64,000 bases of DNA. Origin: Geosiphon pyriformis uo1. Taxonomy: Eukaryota; Fungi; Glomeromycota. Below, in pieces: positions 12,625 to 24,200 of the stretch (position 1 is the first letter of the stretch; every line of letters begins with the position of its first letter). The position numbers and the translations under genes are program-made. Where the stretch lies: NCBI GenBank assembly GCA_016748015.1, contig JAAOMT010000563.1, forward strand, positions 1-64,000, given 5' to 3'. The notes under the pieces are model-generated. The model was not told where the DNA came from, did not search any database, and saw only the letters and a program-made list of their open reading frames with translations.

Positions 12625-15600
12625 GTAATATGATCTAGAAAGTTGCAACTTGTAATGTTAGAGGAATGAAAAATCCTGCAAAACAGAATGACATTATTTA
12701 TTGGCATAAAGAAAAGAACAATTTAGTTTCTATCTTTACAGAATCAAAGTTAAAAGGAAAAGTTTGTCCCTGGATTGTCAACAAATTTGATGGTGTGCAA
12801 GTGTTTACCTCTGGTTTGGAATCTGGTAATCTAGGTGCTGGTGTTGTGGTTGTCATGAACTCTACTTTGGCAAAACATGTGTGCAAAATTTCAGAAGTGC
12901 CTGGTCGGCTTCTGTCTATTAAGTTGCTTTTCAGAAACAAACTTTCAGTGTCAATTTTGGGGGTTTATGCTGGTGCCTCTTTGGTAGCTCAGTTTTCTCA
13001 GGCTAGCAATATCAATTCTTTTATTGCAAAGACTGTTAACGAATCTTCTTTTGTTATTCTTAGAGGAGACTTTAATGAGGATAGTTCTCATAAGTGTGTA
13101 AGCTTCAAAAAATGCTTAGATTTTGGTTTGGTCAATGCCTTGGGTGAGAGCTCTAGTGGGAAGTTACCAACTTGGTCCAATTTTCGGGGCATAGTTAAGA
13201 CAATTAATTATGTGCTCATTTTTTTGAACTTGGTCAATGCAGTAGTGGGTTGTGGTGTATGTGGAGTTGAGGATTATTTTGATACTGATTATTAGGCAGT
13301 CTCAGTTTTGGTGGGTTTGGGTGGTCTGCTCGATGTTTGATTAAATTCTGTTCGCAAGCAGACAAATAAAAATCATTGGAAGTATGATTGCAAAGGTGCA
13401 AATGCTATTAAGTGGACCAAGTTTAAGAATGATACAGCAGCGAATTTAGCTATGTTTCATGATAAGTTTCTTACAGCCAAAATGCACTTGGATTTGGATG
13501 CGATGTGGGCTGCTCTCTGTAAAGTATTGTGTCTGTCGGCTGAGGCAGTTTTTAAGAAGAAATGGTTCAAAGACTATGACCATGTTTTTGTTAAGGAGTC
13601 ATCCAAGTTTCACAAGCTGGAGCTTTTAGTGTCAAAGCTGATTAAGGCATCTCATTTGGATTCTTTTGGAGAATTTATGTTCTTGCTTGATAAGTGGGAG
13701 AGTTTAGATTTGGTTAATGCATCTGTAGTAAAATCTCTTTTTTTGTTAGATTCCTCCTTTAATGTCATTCGGTCAGTTTTGTCCAAGATTAGAAAGTCAT
13801 ATCACTCCTTCAAAATATTGAAAGCAGAACATGTTAGAAAATCTAAAATCAGATCAGCAATAAATAAGAGGATGAAAAGTTTTGAATTAAACAAAGGTCA
13901 TACTATTAGAAATATACTGGAATGTCTCTTTTGTAAAGTGACTTTGGATCATTTGGTTATGAATGATAAATTGGTTTTAGAACCTGATCTTGTTAGAACC
14001 AAAGTAAATGTGATCATAGAAGGATGAATTAGAAAGCACAACGTGGTTTCTAATGTCTCTGATGTGTGACATCGCCAATATCAGTCTTTGGAATATGTTT
14101 TTGATGAAGCCTTTTCTGGTGTAATATGCTCAATTAACTTTGATAAAATGTCTGATGTTATCTCAAGTCTGCTTAATGAGAAAGCAGCTGGTCTCTCTGG
14201 TATATCAAATGAGTTGTGAAAGCATTGTGACAGATCAGTTTTGGATATGCTGTTGGTTCTTTTGAATTTTTGCTTGGACTGTAAATCTGTTCCCAGGCCT
14301 TGAAAAGAGGCCTAGATGCTGATAATCCCCAAACTATATGAGTGGGAAGATGTTTTTACAAACACCTGTCCTATTATATTGATTGAAACAGCTCATAAAA
14401 TTCTTTCTAAGATTATTTTGGACAGAATTTTTTTTGCATGCAATAGATATGATGTTTTCAGAAAAGATAATTTTTCTGTTTTAAAAGATACAACCACACG
14501 GTCTTCTATCTTTGCTATTGGATCTGTCATTGAAGATGCTTTGGAAAAGAACCATGAACTATGGCTGGTCTTGCAAGACATGTGAAAGGCTTATGATTCT
14601 GTTGGCTGGGAGCATCTGAGAGTGAGTTTGGTTAGAATAAAGATGTGTGACAGGTTTATTTAGTTTTTTGGTGGTATCTACAAGGGTTGGGTCAACAGAG
14701 TTATGACAGATTTTGGGTTGACTGATGGATATCAGATGCATGATAGTTTAGACCAAGGAGAGGTGTTTTCACCTCTTCTTTGATGCATATTTTATGATCC
14801 TCTTTTGTGTGAGGTCAAAAGACAAGAAAGTATGTGTGAATACAGATTGAACTCTCGTTTTGTGACCAAAACTAGTTGCTCTGAATTTCGAGCTGGTTTG
14901 ACTTCTTTTCTCACTGCTGGTGCCTTTGTCAATGACACAATTTGGGTTGGTAGCAACCAGGCTGCTATGCAACATATTCTTAATATAGCTAGCAAATTTT
15001 TTTGGATCAATGACATTTCGATCAATAATAATAAAATGGTGGCCATTCCTATTAATTGCAGAGTTTTTAACTCTTGTTTGCTAATTAGTGGTTTGCCTAT
15101 TTCAATAGCCAAGAAGAGGGAGCTTCATCAGTACCTGGGAATTTTTTTGTCTACTGAGAGTTTGTCGAAGCCTAGCTTGGTTAGGGCTCAATTGGATGTC
15201 TGGTTTTTTACCAATCTCGTGTTAAGAAAGACTATTTCTAACAAACAGTTCTCATATTTAGTGTCAGTAGTTTTTTATCCTATTGTTGCTTATAGGACTC
15301 AGTTCAGTTTTGTTTCTCTCAATGTGTGTGCAAAGTGGGACACTATGATTCACAAGGTTTAAAATCCAAATCTGGCTTGCCATTCAACTTTTTCAATGAT
15401 GCAATTCACCATCTCTCTCTGTATGGTTTGAAATCTTTTGAGCAGGTGAAAGCAAATCAGCTTCTATTGTCAGTTTTGCCAATTTTGTTGGTATTCTGGG
15501 TTGTTTGTTTGCACATAGATCACATGACTTGCAAGTATTCAGTTAGTGCCCTCGTCATTCTTTGCTTTACTCTTCTTGTATTAATATCAATCTTTTAGAT

Positions 15601-16508
15601 AATTTTTTGGCTGGCATAGTTTGGATTTTTTTGGGATGCAATCTATCTTTGGGCAGTCTCATAACCAATGCTTTTTGTTTTCAAAATGGAACTCCTATGT
15701 CTAACATTCTTGGTGAGCCCACCTTTCATAAATGTGTCTCTTCACTTTGGTGTTATGGAATTGCCTTTGTTGAATGGCTTTGCAATTATACTGGTTCTGT
15801 TTTTGAATGGAAGACTTTCAAACAGTGAAAGAGATTGGATTCTTGGGGCCCGATTTCTCATTGGTTTGATGTTTCTGTTCAATTTCTGAATAATTTTGGG
15901 CCATCTTCTGTTCATAATCTTCTGTTGCTGGAAGTTGGTTTGTCTAACATCCTTAAGTCTTGTGAATTTGAGATTGTGCATAGTAGTCTGTTGGAGGTTG
16001 ATTCTAATCATTTTTCTTTGTTTATGGATGGTTCTCTGAGTGAGCTGGGTACTCATGATATGAAAGCTGGTGCTGTAGTTTTTTTTGAAGACATTAATTT
16101 GAGTTTGGGCGTGGAAGTGTCTGAATTGGTCTTTTCTACTATGGCGGAGTTGCAAGCCATAGCTCTGACTCTCGAGTGTGTTCCTCTTTCTTGTTCGATC
16201 AACTTGTTCTCGAACAGCCAGACTGCTTTAGATGCATGCAAATCAGAATCAAAGTTGATTTATCCAGATTTCAGGAATCAATGTTGGATTGAGCATTACC
16301 ACATTGCTAATGTTATTTATTGTAAAAATTTGGATATTAATTGGGTTAAAGTTAGAAATTACTCTGGTGTGTTGGGCAATGAACAGACTGATGCTTTCAC
16401 TAGAGCTGCTGCATTATCTAATTTGTGTCTTTCTCACATAATCAATAAACATTTTCTTAGGGCTGGTGGTGCTGCAGTGTCTGGTAATTCTAGGCATTTT
16501 GTTCATAG
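12621..16508 (+). pseudogene. LINE 2 ORF2 (APE endonuclease, RT, RNase H); C-terminus resumes at ~18988-19294
   Basis: ATCNVRG, ESKL, GDFN, DTDY (APE); LQDM, AGAFVNDTIW (RT); FMDGS, ELQAI, GNEQTD (RNase H). Confidence 0.9.
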
Positions 16509-17353
16509 TGTTACAGGTGGTTGCTTCTGCTGTTGAATTGTATAACAAACCCATAACTTGGTGCTCAAAAGCTACTTCCACTGATTCAGCTCTGTAAGTG
16601 TTGTATCTGAAGGTTTTTGATGGAGTCTAAAGGTTTTTGGTTAAGTCTTTTGTATAATAGACAGAGATTCAATAGTGTTGATATCTTCCAAGAGTTTTCT
16701 CAATTTCTTTCTCAGCGTGGTGGCCAGATTTAGTCTGGCAGTTGTGCCCTTTTGGTAAGCTATTTGATAATATATAAAATTCTACCCTTATTTCTGGGTC
16801 TTTTACCAGGCTATCCTTGACGTCAATAACTCAATGCTTTAATCTTTAATCAATTAGTATACAACAACAAATCAAAATAAAATAAAGAAAAAAAGAAATA
16901 GAAGAAAATAAAGAAAGAAAAAAAATAAGCCAAGGCGATTTGCAGATTAGTATCCCGTCAATAGCCGTGATCAAAAACTATTGTTCCAGCATGGTTAAGT
17001 ATTAATTACTATCAACATGAAGTGTTGATAGTAGAGAATAAGTTGAAATATGAAATAATTATTTATTTGATGATTGTATTTCTAAGCTAAGGATTCTGTG
17101 ATATCAATTCTCTTTTTTTTTTTTTTCTGTTTCTAATACTACTGCTATATATACATAATTGAGATTCCTCAATTCCTTGATTCTCCACAACAGGAATCCT
17201 GGAATTCTGGAATCCTGCAATTCCTCATTGAAAATCCTGAAATTCTTGGAATCCTGCAATTCCTGCGAGGAATCCTGGAATTCCACATTTACTATGCTTA
17301 CTTCTGATTGGCTAATAATTATGCTAATATTTTCTTATATTTCTATGAGTAAC
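16509..17353 (-). repeat. 3' LTR of Gypsy B (845 bp)
   Basis: TG...CA inverted termini, adjacent PPT, GGAATCCTG-like tandem array at 17190-17285. Confidence 0.82.
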
Positions 17354-17367
17354 ATTATTCCCTCCTT

Positions 17368-17997
17368 TTAATATTGAGCTCCATCGAAATCTAACTCCTG
17401 TAATTCCCCCTCTTGAAGTATTTCCTGGATCTCATTTTCGAGAATTACTTGTGTTATTTGGGTCTGTAATTCCTCAAATTGAGCATTAGTGATTTTCCCC
17501 AATTGATTACTGGTTACCATATCCATTGCTCTGTTGAGCAATATATCTGGTTTATTCTGAAATGCTGTATGTATTTGGTATATGGCTTGGGCTTGTGTGG
17601 ATAAATTGTTTTTTTCCACAAAATGTTCTAATTATTGTAGTATTTTTTTGTCAAATAATCGCTTTCTTTTATCCATATATAAATTCTGGATATTTATGTG
17701 TTGTCCCAAGTAAAAGTAACAATAGTTTTGTGGAAATTGTTGTATCCACCAATTCCAAGTTTCTTTAGTCAACTCTTGGTATAGTGATTCTTTTGTCGAT
17801 TCTTTTATTGCTAATTTTACTTTCGCCATGATTTTGTCCACTATATTTTCCATTTTCTTCTGTGTTCTAAATTGAACTGTCTTTCTAGTATCTTGATATC
17901 TAATGGTTTGTTGATTGATTGTAATCTCCATTTCCTGGTGTTGAATTAATTGAAAGAGTTGTTGTGCTAGTGAGTGAATGTTGTCTGTAATTTCCAT
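17368..17997 (-). pseudogene. Gypsy B extra ORF3 (~210 aa, one internal TAA), unknown function
   Basis: ORFs 17632-17997 and 17368-17619 are in the same frame; homologous to 29361-30080. Confidence 0.7.
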
Positions 17998-18059
17998 TTT
18001 CTGATATTTCCTGTCACGTCTACCCTGTCTTTATATATTCTTTTGATGGATCAATTTAG

Positions 18060-18987
18060 TGTGTTGTCGTCAATAATAATGATTGGTTCCAGATCTCGTG
18101 GAATCTCATCTGGTTGAACTAGTATTCTCTGTACTCCTAATTGTGGAATATTACTGGTAGATGGTAGTGTGATGTTGTGATATGGTTTCAGTCAATCTCC
18201 ATGTGCTGCTTTGGTTAAAACTTTGTTATCCAATCTTAATTTGTAAGCTCTATTTCCTAGAATTTCTTCTATGTGAAATGGTCCATCCCATTTGGGGTCA
18301 AATTTTCTACTCCATTGTTTTTCTACTTTGGTACAATGTAGTAATACTTTGTCTCCAATCCTGAATTCAACTGGTTTGTTTAGTAGTTGACTATCGTGTC
18401 TTTTTTTCTGTGTTTCTTGTGACTTTTGGATATTATCAGCTGCTTTTCTTTGTTTGTTTTCCAATGTTTCCATTAAGTCATATGTTCTTCTTAGCAATGT
18501 TTCTTGAAAATTTTTCTCTGTTATTGGTTCAGCTAGATATGTATTAATTTCTCTTTCTATTGGTAACGTTGTGATTCTCCCATACACTAATTCAAATGGT
18601 GTTGCTTGTGTGGTATCTTGTTTCATTGTCCGATAAGCAAATAGTACTGATGGTATGAACAAATCCCAATCATTCTGGTTTTCTTGGCTGAGCTTGACTA
18701 TTGCTTCACACAATGTTTGGTTGAATCTTTCCACTAATCCATTGGTTTGTGGATGGTATGGTGATGATAATGGTCTTTTGATTCCGAATCTTTGGCTTAA
18801 TTCTGTTAATGTTCTGTTCACAAAATGAGTTCCTTGATCTGATAATAGTTCTTTTGGACATCCATGTCGACAAATCAAATCCTGATGAATGAATTCGGCA
18901 ACGGATTCTGCATCTGCTCTTTGAATTGCTTTTGCCTTTGGCCATTTAGTGAGATAATTCATAGCCACTGCTATGTATTTGTTTCCT
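18060..18987 (-). pseudogene. Gypsy integrase core and GPY/F domain
   Basis: YLTKWP, LLSDQGTHF, YHPQTNGLVERFN, WDGPFHI. Confidence 0.92.
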
Positions 18988-19699
18988 CATTTTTAAAGAC
19001 TCTAAGGTTGTGGCCCAGAATATTGTGGTCTTCGTGTGTGAGTTTTGCCTTGCATTTTGCAATAATATTTGGTTGGTGCGTGCTAAACACCAGGCTGTTA
19101 TGGAAAAAGGTGACATAATCCCGCATAATGGTTCTGTTCTTGTCTTGGTCTCTGGTTTTCCTTTGGTGCTTTCGGCCAGTATGGTTAGGTTGTTGGGTAT
19201 TGCAGATGCATTTGGTGTGGGTTTTGGGTTTCATAAGTTTTGTTTATTCTTTGCAGGTATCAGTAACGTGGTTTTAGTACATATAAGTGTCTAGTGTTGT
19301 CCTGACTAGTTTGAGTGGCTGGTTACATATAGAAAATGCATGATTCACACCTAGTTTAGATTACTTGTATGATATATTGTACTAAGATGTATTTGGACCT
19401 CACTCATTAAATTGTAAAAAAAAAAAAAAATTATGTTCTATTTTAGAGAGATTCTATTATAGAGTTTTATAATTATTATCAAATAAACTATATTTATTTA
19501 TTAAATCAATCAATTATTATTATTATTATTACTATTAAAATATTGATTAATTGTTATTTGTTTTTTAAAATTTTTCTTTATTTTTTTATATTCATATAAT
19601 TTTTATCTATGTAAATTTTGGTTTTCTATATTAAAATTTTTTTTTGCTAATTGCTTTTTAAATCTAATTATCTTTTTTAATGTTTTATATACTTTTATA

Positions 19700-20860
19700 A
19701 TTGTAATTAAAACAAGTAGAGATTTTTCTAATTCTTCTTTTAAGTTATTAATTATATTGGTTTTAATTTAAACATCAGCTAAAATCATATCTATAATTTT
19801 ATTATTATTAAGAATATTTTCAATTGCCAATAATTCATTAACTGCTACAATATAATCTTTAAGATTTTTGACCAATTTTTGTGCATTTAATGGTAAATTG
19901 TTAAATATATTCATAGCAATTAATGTTTCTAATTCTTAATAATAGAAAAAAATATCTGTTTTTTGCCAACAGTTTTAAATTGTAATAAGTATTACTTGAA
20001 ATTATAATTGAACAACATAATTAATGCTTGTTTTATGTTTAATTTATTTCTAAAAAATAAATTAATATTAGATAAAATTATATAATATATATTGATAATA
20101 ATATTGTATATATTATATTACTTATCTGTTCAATATTAATTTTTTGTTCAAATTAATGTAAAATATGTTGACAATATAAGTGCTTATATTTGCCTTTGAA
20201 AGATTTGATAATGTTAGTATTCATTGGTTGAAGATGTGATATAGTATTTGGTTCATTTATATATTTAAGCCATGTTTTCTATATATTTGAGTACATTTAT
20301 GCTTTGGAATTAAATTTGTAAATTACAGATAGGTTGGAAGTATTAATTCCTTTAAAGCATCTTAAATTTTTTACATATATAATTAATAAAAATTTCAATT
20401 TGTGAGATTTAGTTAAATTTATAGCAAGAAAAATTATAATTCAGATTTATTCTATAAAAAAACCTAATTAATTTAATATAACAATAATATATAATGATAA
20501 CAATTAGTAAATATAATATACTAATTTTTTTTCTGTATTTTGACATTTTGCAAATATTTAATTTGGTCACATATAAAAAAATAATCCTGTTTTATCAGTA
20601 TTATATATGTTAATAGTATTAAATTCAGATATAATAGTTTTTAATTTTCTTTATTTTTCTGGTAAACTTTTAGTTAATACACTTTTTGCTTTACTATAAA
20701 ATTGGTAAACACATAACTGGTTTTGTTTTTTGAATTTTTGAATCCATCTATTTGAGAATTGTATTTCATTTTCATGTATACCAAGAAGTTTGGCAAATTT
20801 TTTTTCTTTCTCTTTAATTAGTTGATTATTGAATTTGATAGTAACTGCAGTTATTTGTTC
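19700..20860 (-). pseudogene. Heavily decayed pogo/Tigger-type (CENP-B HTH + DDE_1) transposase
   Basis: Manual minus-strand translation: KEKEKKFAKLLGI..FSNRWIQKFKK; IYNTDKTGLF; NLRCFKGINTSNLSVIYKFNSKA*M; PNTISHLQPMNTNIIKSFKGKY. Confidence 0.8.
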
Positions 20861-21266
20861 TGACTGTAATAGTTTGTTATATTACTTTATTATATTTAAA
20901 TAAATTTATAATATAATAAAAGATAATATAATTAAAATTAATTATTTATAATAATAAAAAAGTACATGTAAAGATTAAAAAAAGAAAAAAAATCTATTTT
21001 TTATAATAAAACTATAATAAAAAATTAACTTAATCTAAAACTGATATTTTTTTTAATTTATAAAAAAATTATATATAACTAAATTACTTAAAATATGTAT
21101 ATTATATTAATAATATTTTAATTATATTAATTTTTTTTATTAAATGCATTTAATGAGTAAAGTCCAACTACTATTTAGTACATAGAACCAAACTAAGAGG
21201 CTCAAACTAAATGTAATTTACACACTTGCTACATGTGGCCAGCCATTCGGGTCAGACAAGGCACTA

Positions 21267-24200
21267 CTATACACCTATAACAACATGTGGATTATAATCC
21301 AACTCAGAAAAGAAAAGGCAAGGCTTACAATGACCAAAGTTAACTGCAAGGGAGTCAGCAACACCAATTATCCTAACTACACCATCTGATAACATCTGCA
21401 CTGCACATCACATGAGATCTGACACCAATCTACCATTACTGACCAAACCAGTCCTCTCCATATCCACTCTATACTTAGATCTTACCAGCCAGATTCTAGA
21501 ACAATATAACTCAACAAAACATCTCACATAATTGATAACAATCCCCACAGTCTCTTTTCTATTTTTAAAAACTCCAACAGCTTCTGCACACCAGTCCTTT
21601 ATAACAAACCCTTTATACACAACCGAATATAGACCAATATCTAAGAAGCAAAGACTAAGGAACTGCAAAACAGCAGAAGAAGACAAAGAACTAGCCCCCA
21701 CCAAAAAGATCCATGAAGCAGAGGCCTTAGCCAGAATTTTTTCTCAGACACCAACATCTAATGTACACAAAAAAGCGTGATCAAGCAGCTCTATCTCACC
21801 ACAAAGCAAACACTGCACACCAGAATAACTCTTATTATACAATTTTTTTCTAACCACCACCAGAAGCTGTCGGTGCACAGCTTTCATCAAATACAAATGT
21901 AAAACAGAAGACTTTTGACTGGTAGACCCAGCAAGCATATGCAAGTCAGGGTGCCATATTTTTGAAGTGGTATCCCAGTCAATACACCCAATCAAAACAC
22001 TCAAAGCAGCATTATGATCAGTCCCAGCTTCTCAACAAGCACAACAAACAAATCTGTACAAATTTCGAACAAAGAGCCAGGCATTGTTAAACACAACCAT
22101 GTTCTCAGCTACCAAGAAACATTCATGAACTCTTACTGGTAAGGAAAACTGAGAACACATAGCAATATCAGCTGTGGCATCAGCCTTCTTATTGCCACAA
22201 ATCCCAGAATGGCTCTTAACTTTTATCCAGCTTACATTGAAATCTTTCTCATAAATCAAATTGAAAATATGATGCCTTTCCATCCAACATGGAGCATGGA
22301 AGTTGGGCATAACAGCAGACATTTCAGATATACATGCTGTTATCAGACGAAATTAGAAATATCATTTAGCATGAAACTATTTTATAATTCCTATCATTAA
22401 TTAGCATATATTATCATTTCAAATTATCACTTATTACATTAGCAAAGAATGTCCGAAATTATCATTTAATTAATAACCCAAATTGTATACAACACAAATG
22501 TAACCTAATTGCGATGATCAATCATGCAATATCTTGAACTATGTAACATTCAAAAGTTTGCCGAAATTTATAGAAATTTGCTGAAATAATTGATAGTTCA
22601 CCAAAATATCTAATAGTTCGCAGAAATAACTTGTAGTTTGCCGAAATGTATCTTTAGTTCAGCAAAATTGTAGAAAATAGCAAAGTTCAAGTTCATAGAA
22701 TAGTGTTACGACAAGTTGTATAAAAGAAGAGCTTCTCTCTTCAAGAAAATGTATCTTACTTTAGATTTATCTCTTAAAACCATTCCTATACACACAAAAA
22801 GAAATAAATATTAAATAATTCAAAAAACCAAATTCTTTAATTATTGTACTTGGAAAATCCCCAAAACCCAATTAACATTTCGAAATTGATTAGCTACCAA
22901 TTTCAGTAAACTGTTAGTGACTCCAAGCCTGGATAGAAAACGTTTCCCTTGACAAAATTCTATTTCTTTTACATTTCTTTTATTTTTCTTTTATTTTCTT
23001 ATTACAATCATTAAGGTAGCCTACAGATGAGATTTCTGTAGAAGAGTTGACTTTCACAGCAAAGTAACTACATATTTTAGTGAGCTTCCAGACGAGCAAT
23101 TCCTGGGAAAGAGTTGACGTTTACTACAACGTAACTACATAAAATAACTGGCAAGGAATTGGCAATTCCACTTATAAGCCCAGCAGTTCAAATTATAGGA
23201 GATAATTTGAAGATAAATTCAGTTATTGAAGGTTCAACCACATCCAGAAAACGTGAATTTACAGCAAATAAGTATCAACAACATTACAAAAAAGAGACCA
23301 AAAACCTCCAGTAACAATGCATTAATGGTAACTTGACTGTCAGTATATAACACTACCGTACAAGAAGATAGGAGGCACTCTAGTGCCAAAGCTATGGCCT
23401 GCAGCTTGGCCAAAGTAGAAGACAGCAAATTTCAAATCCTCACCCCAAGACTAAGATCTACAATAGGAAAGTACACAGCTGCACCACTGGAAACATCAAC
23501 TAATCCAAGATTCTTTAAAGAACCATCTGTAAAAATGTCAAATAAACTAGACCAAATCTCATGCAAGTTACTCTGCACAATGGAAAATTCCTGAGAATTC
23601 AAAATGTTCAAACCTTGAAGCTGGCCAGTTTGTGCTATATTTGATGATACTAGGCTATTAGCACATAGAAACTGAGATGTGTGTCTGAACCAAGAAGGGA
23701 CAGGACCTTTCAGATTGAGTCTTTTCCACCACCAAAAAGTTTTCCAGTCTATCACATGCCCTTTTTTATCCAGCAGCCTGTTACTAAATGCCATACTAAA
23801 ACACTTCAAAGAGCATATAGAACTGAAGTAAAGGAAGTCTCCCAATACTATTGACATAGAAAAAACACCAGGACTACAGAAAGCACTAGGCAGATTATTT
23901 ACCAAAGACAGCTCATTGTGTAAGAAAATCTTTACCACACCAGCCAAAAAATTGTTCACAGGACTAACATGTAACCTAACAGGAAACTGCAAAAGATTCA
24001 TAAGAGCCCAGCCCATAATCTGTAAGTCCAAAAATCTATGATTGAACAAGTGTCCCAGAATGCCCAAAGCATTAGAAAAAGAGACCACAGCAGCCAATTT
24101 ACTCTCAGACTGAACCTGTTCAAAGGTTTTCAAATCATACAACAAAGAGTGATACAAAGCCGCATCAGAAAAGTCACGGGGAAGGCAGGCTTTAAGTTTA

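Larger units (their letters stand above)
16509..18987 (-). mobile_element. Truncated Ty3/Gypsy element B (integrase, ORF3, PPT and 3' LTR only)
   Basis: LTR 16509-17353 TGTTAC...GTAACA; PPT AGGAGGGAATAA directly inside it; integrase upstream; abrupt junction back to LINE 2 near 18987. Confidence 0.88.
10670..19430 (+). mobile_element. LINE 2 with both ends present, interrupted by a truncated Gypsy at 16509-~18987
   Basis: 5' UTR cttctttctc...ttgaaagaagttttt also found in LINE 4; ORF1, APE, RT, RNase H; 3' tail 19292-19430; TSD AAAAATTATGTT at 10657-10668 and 19426-19437. Confidence 0.9.

Noticed and set aside
22553-22675. CRISPR-like array
   Set aside because: Short degenerate tandem units without unique spacers, inside a eukaryotic LTR, with no cas genes
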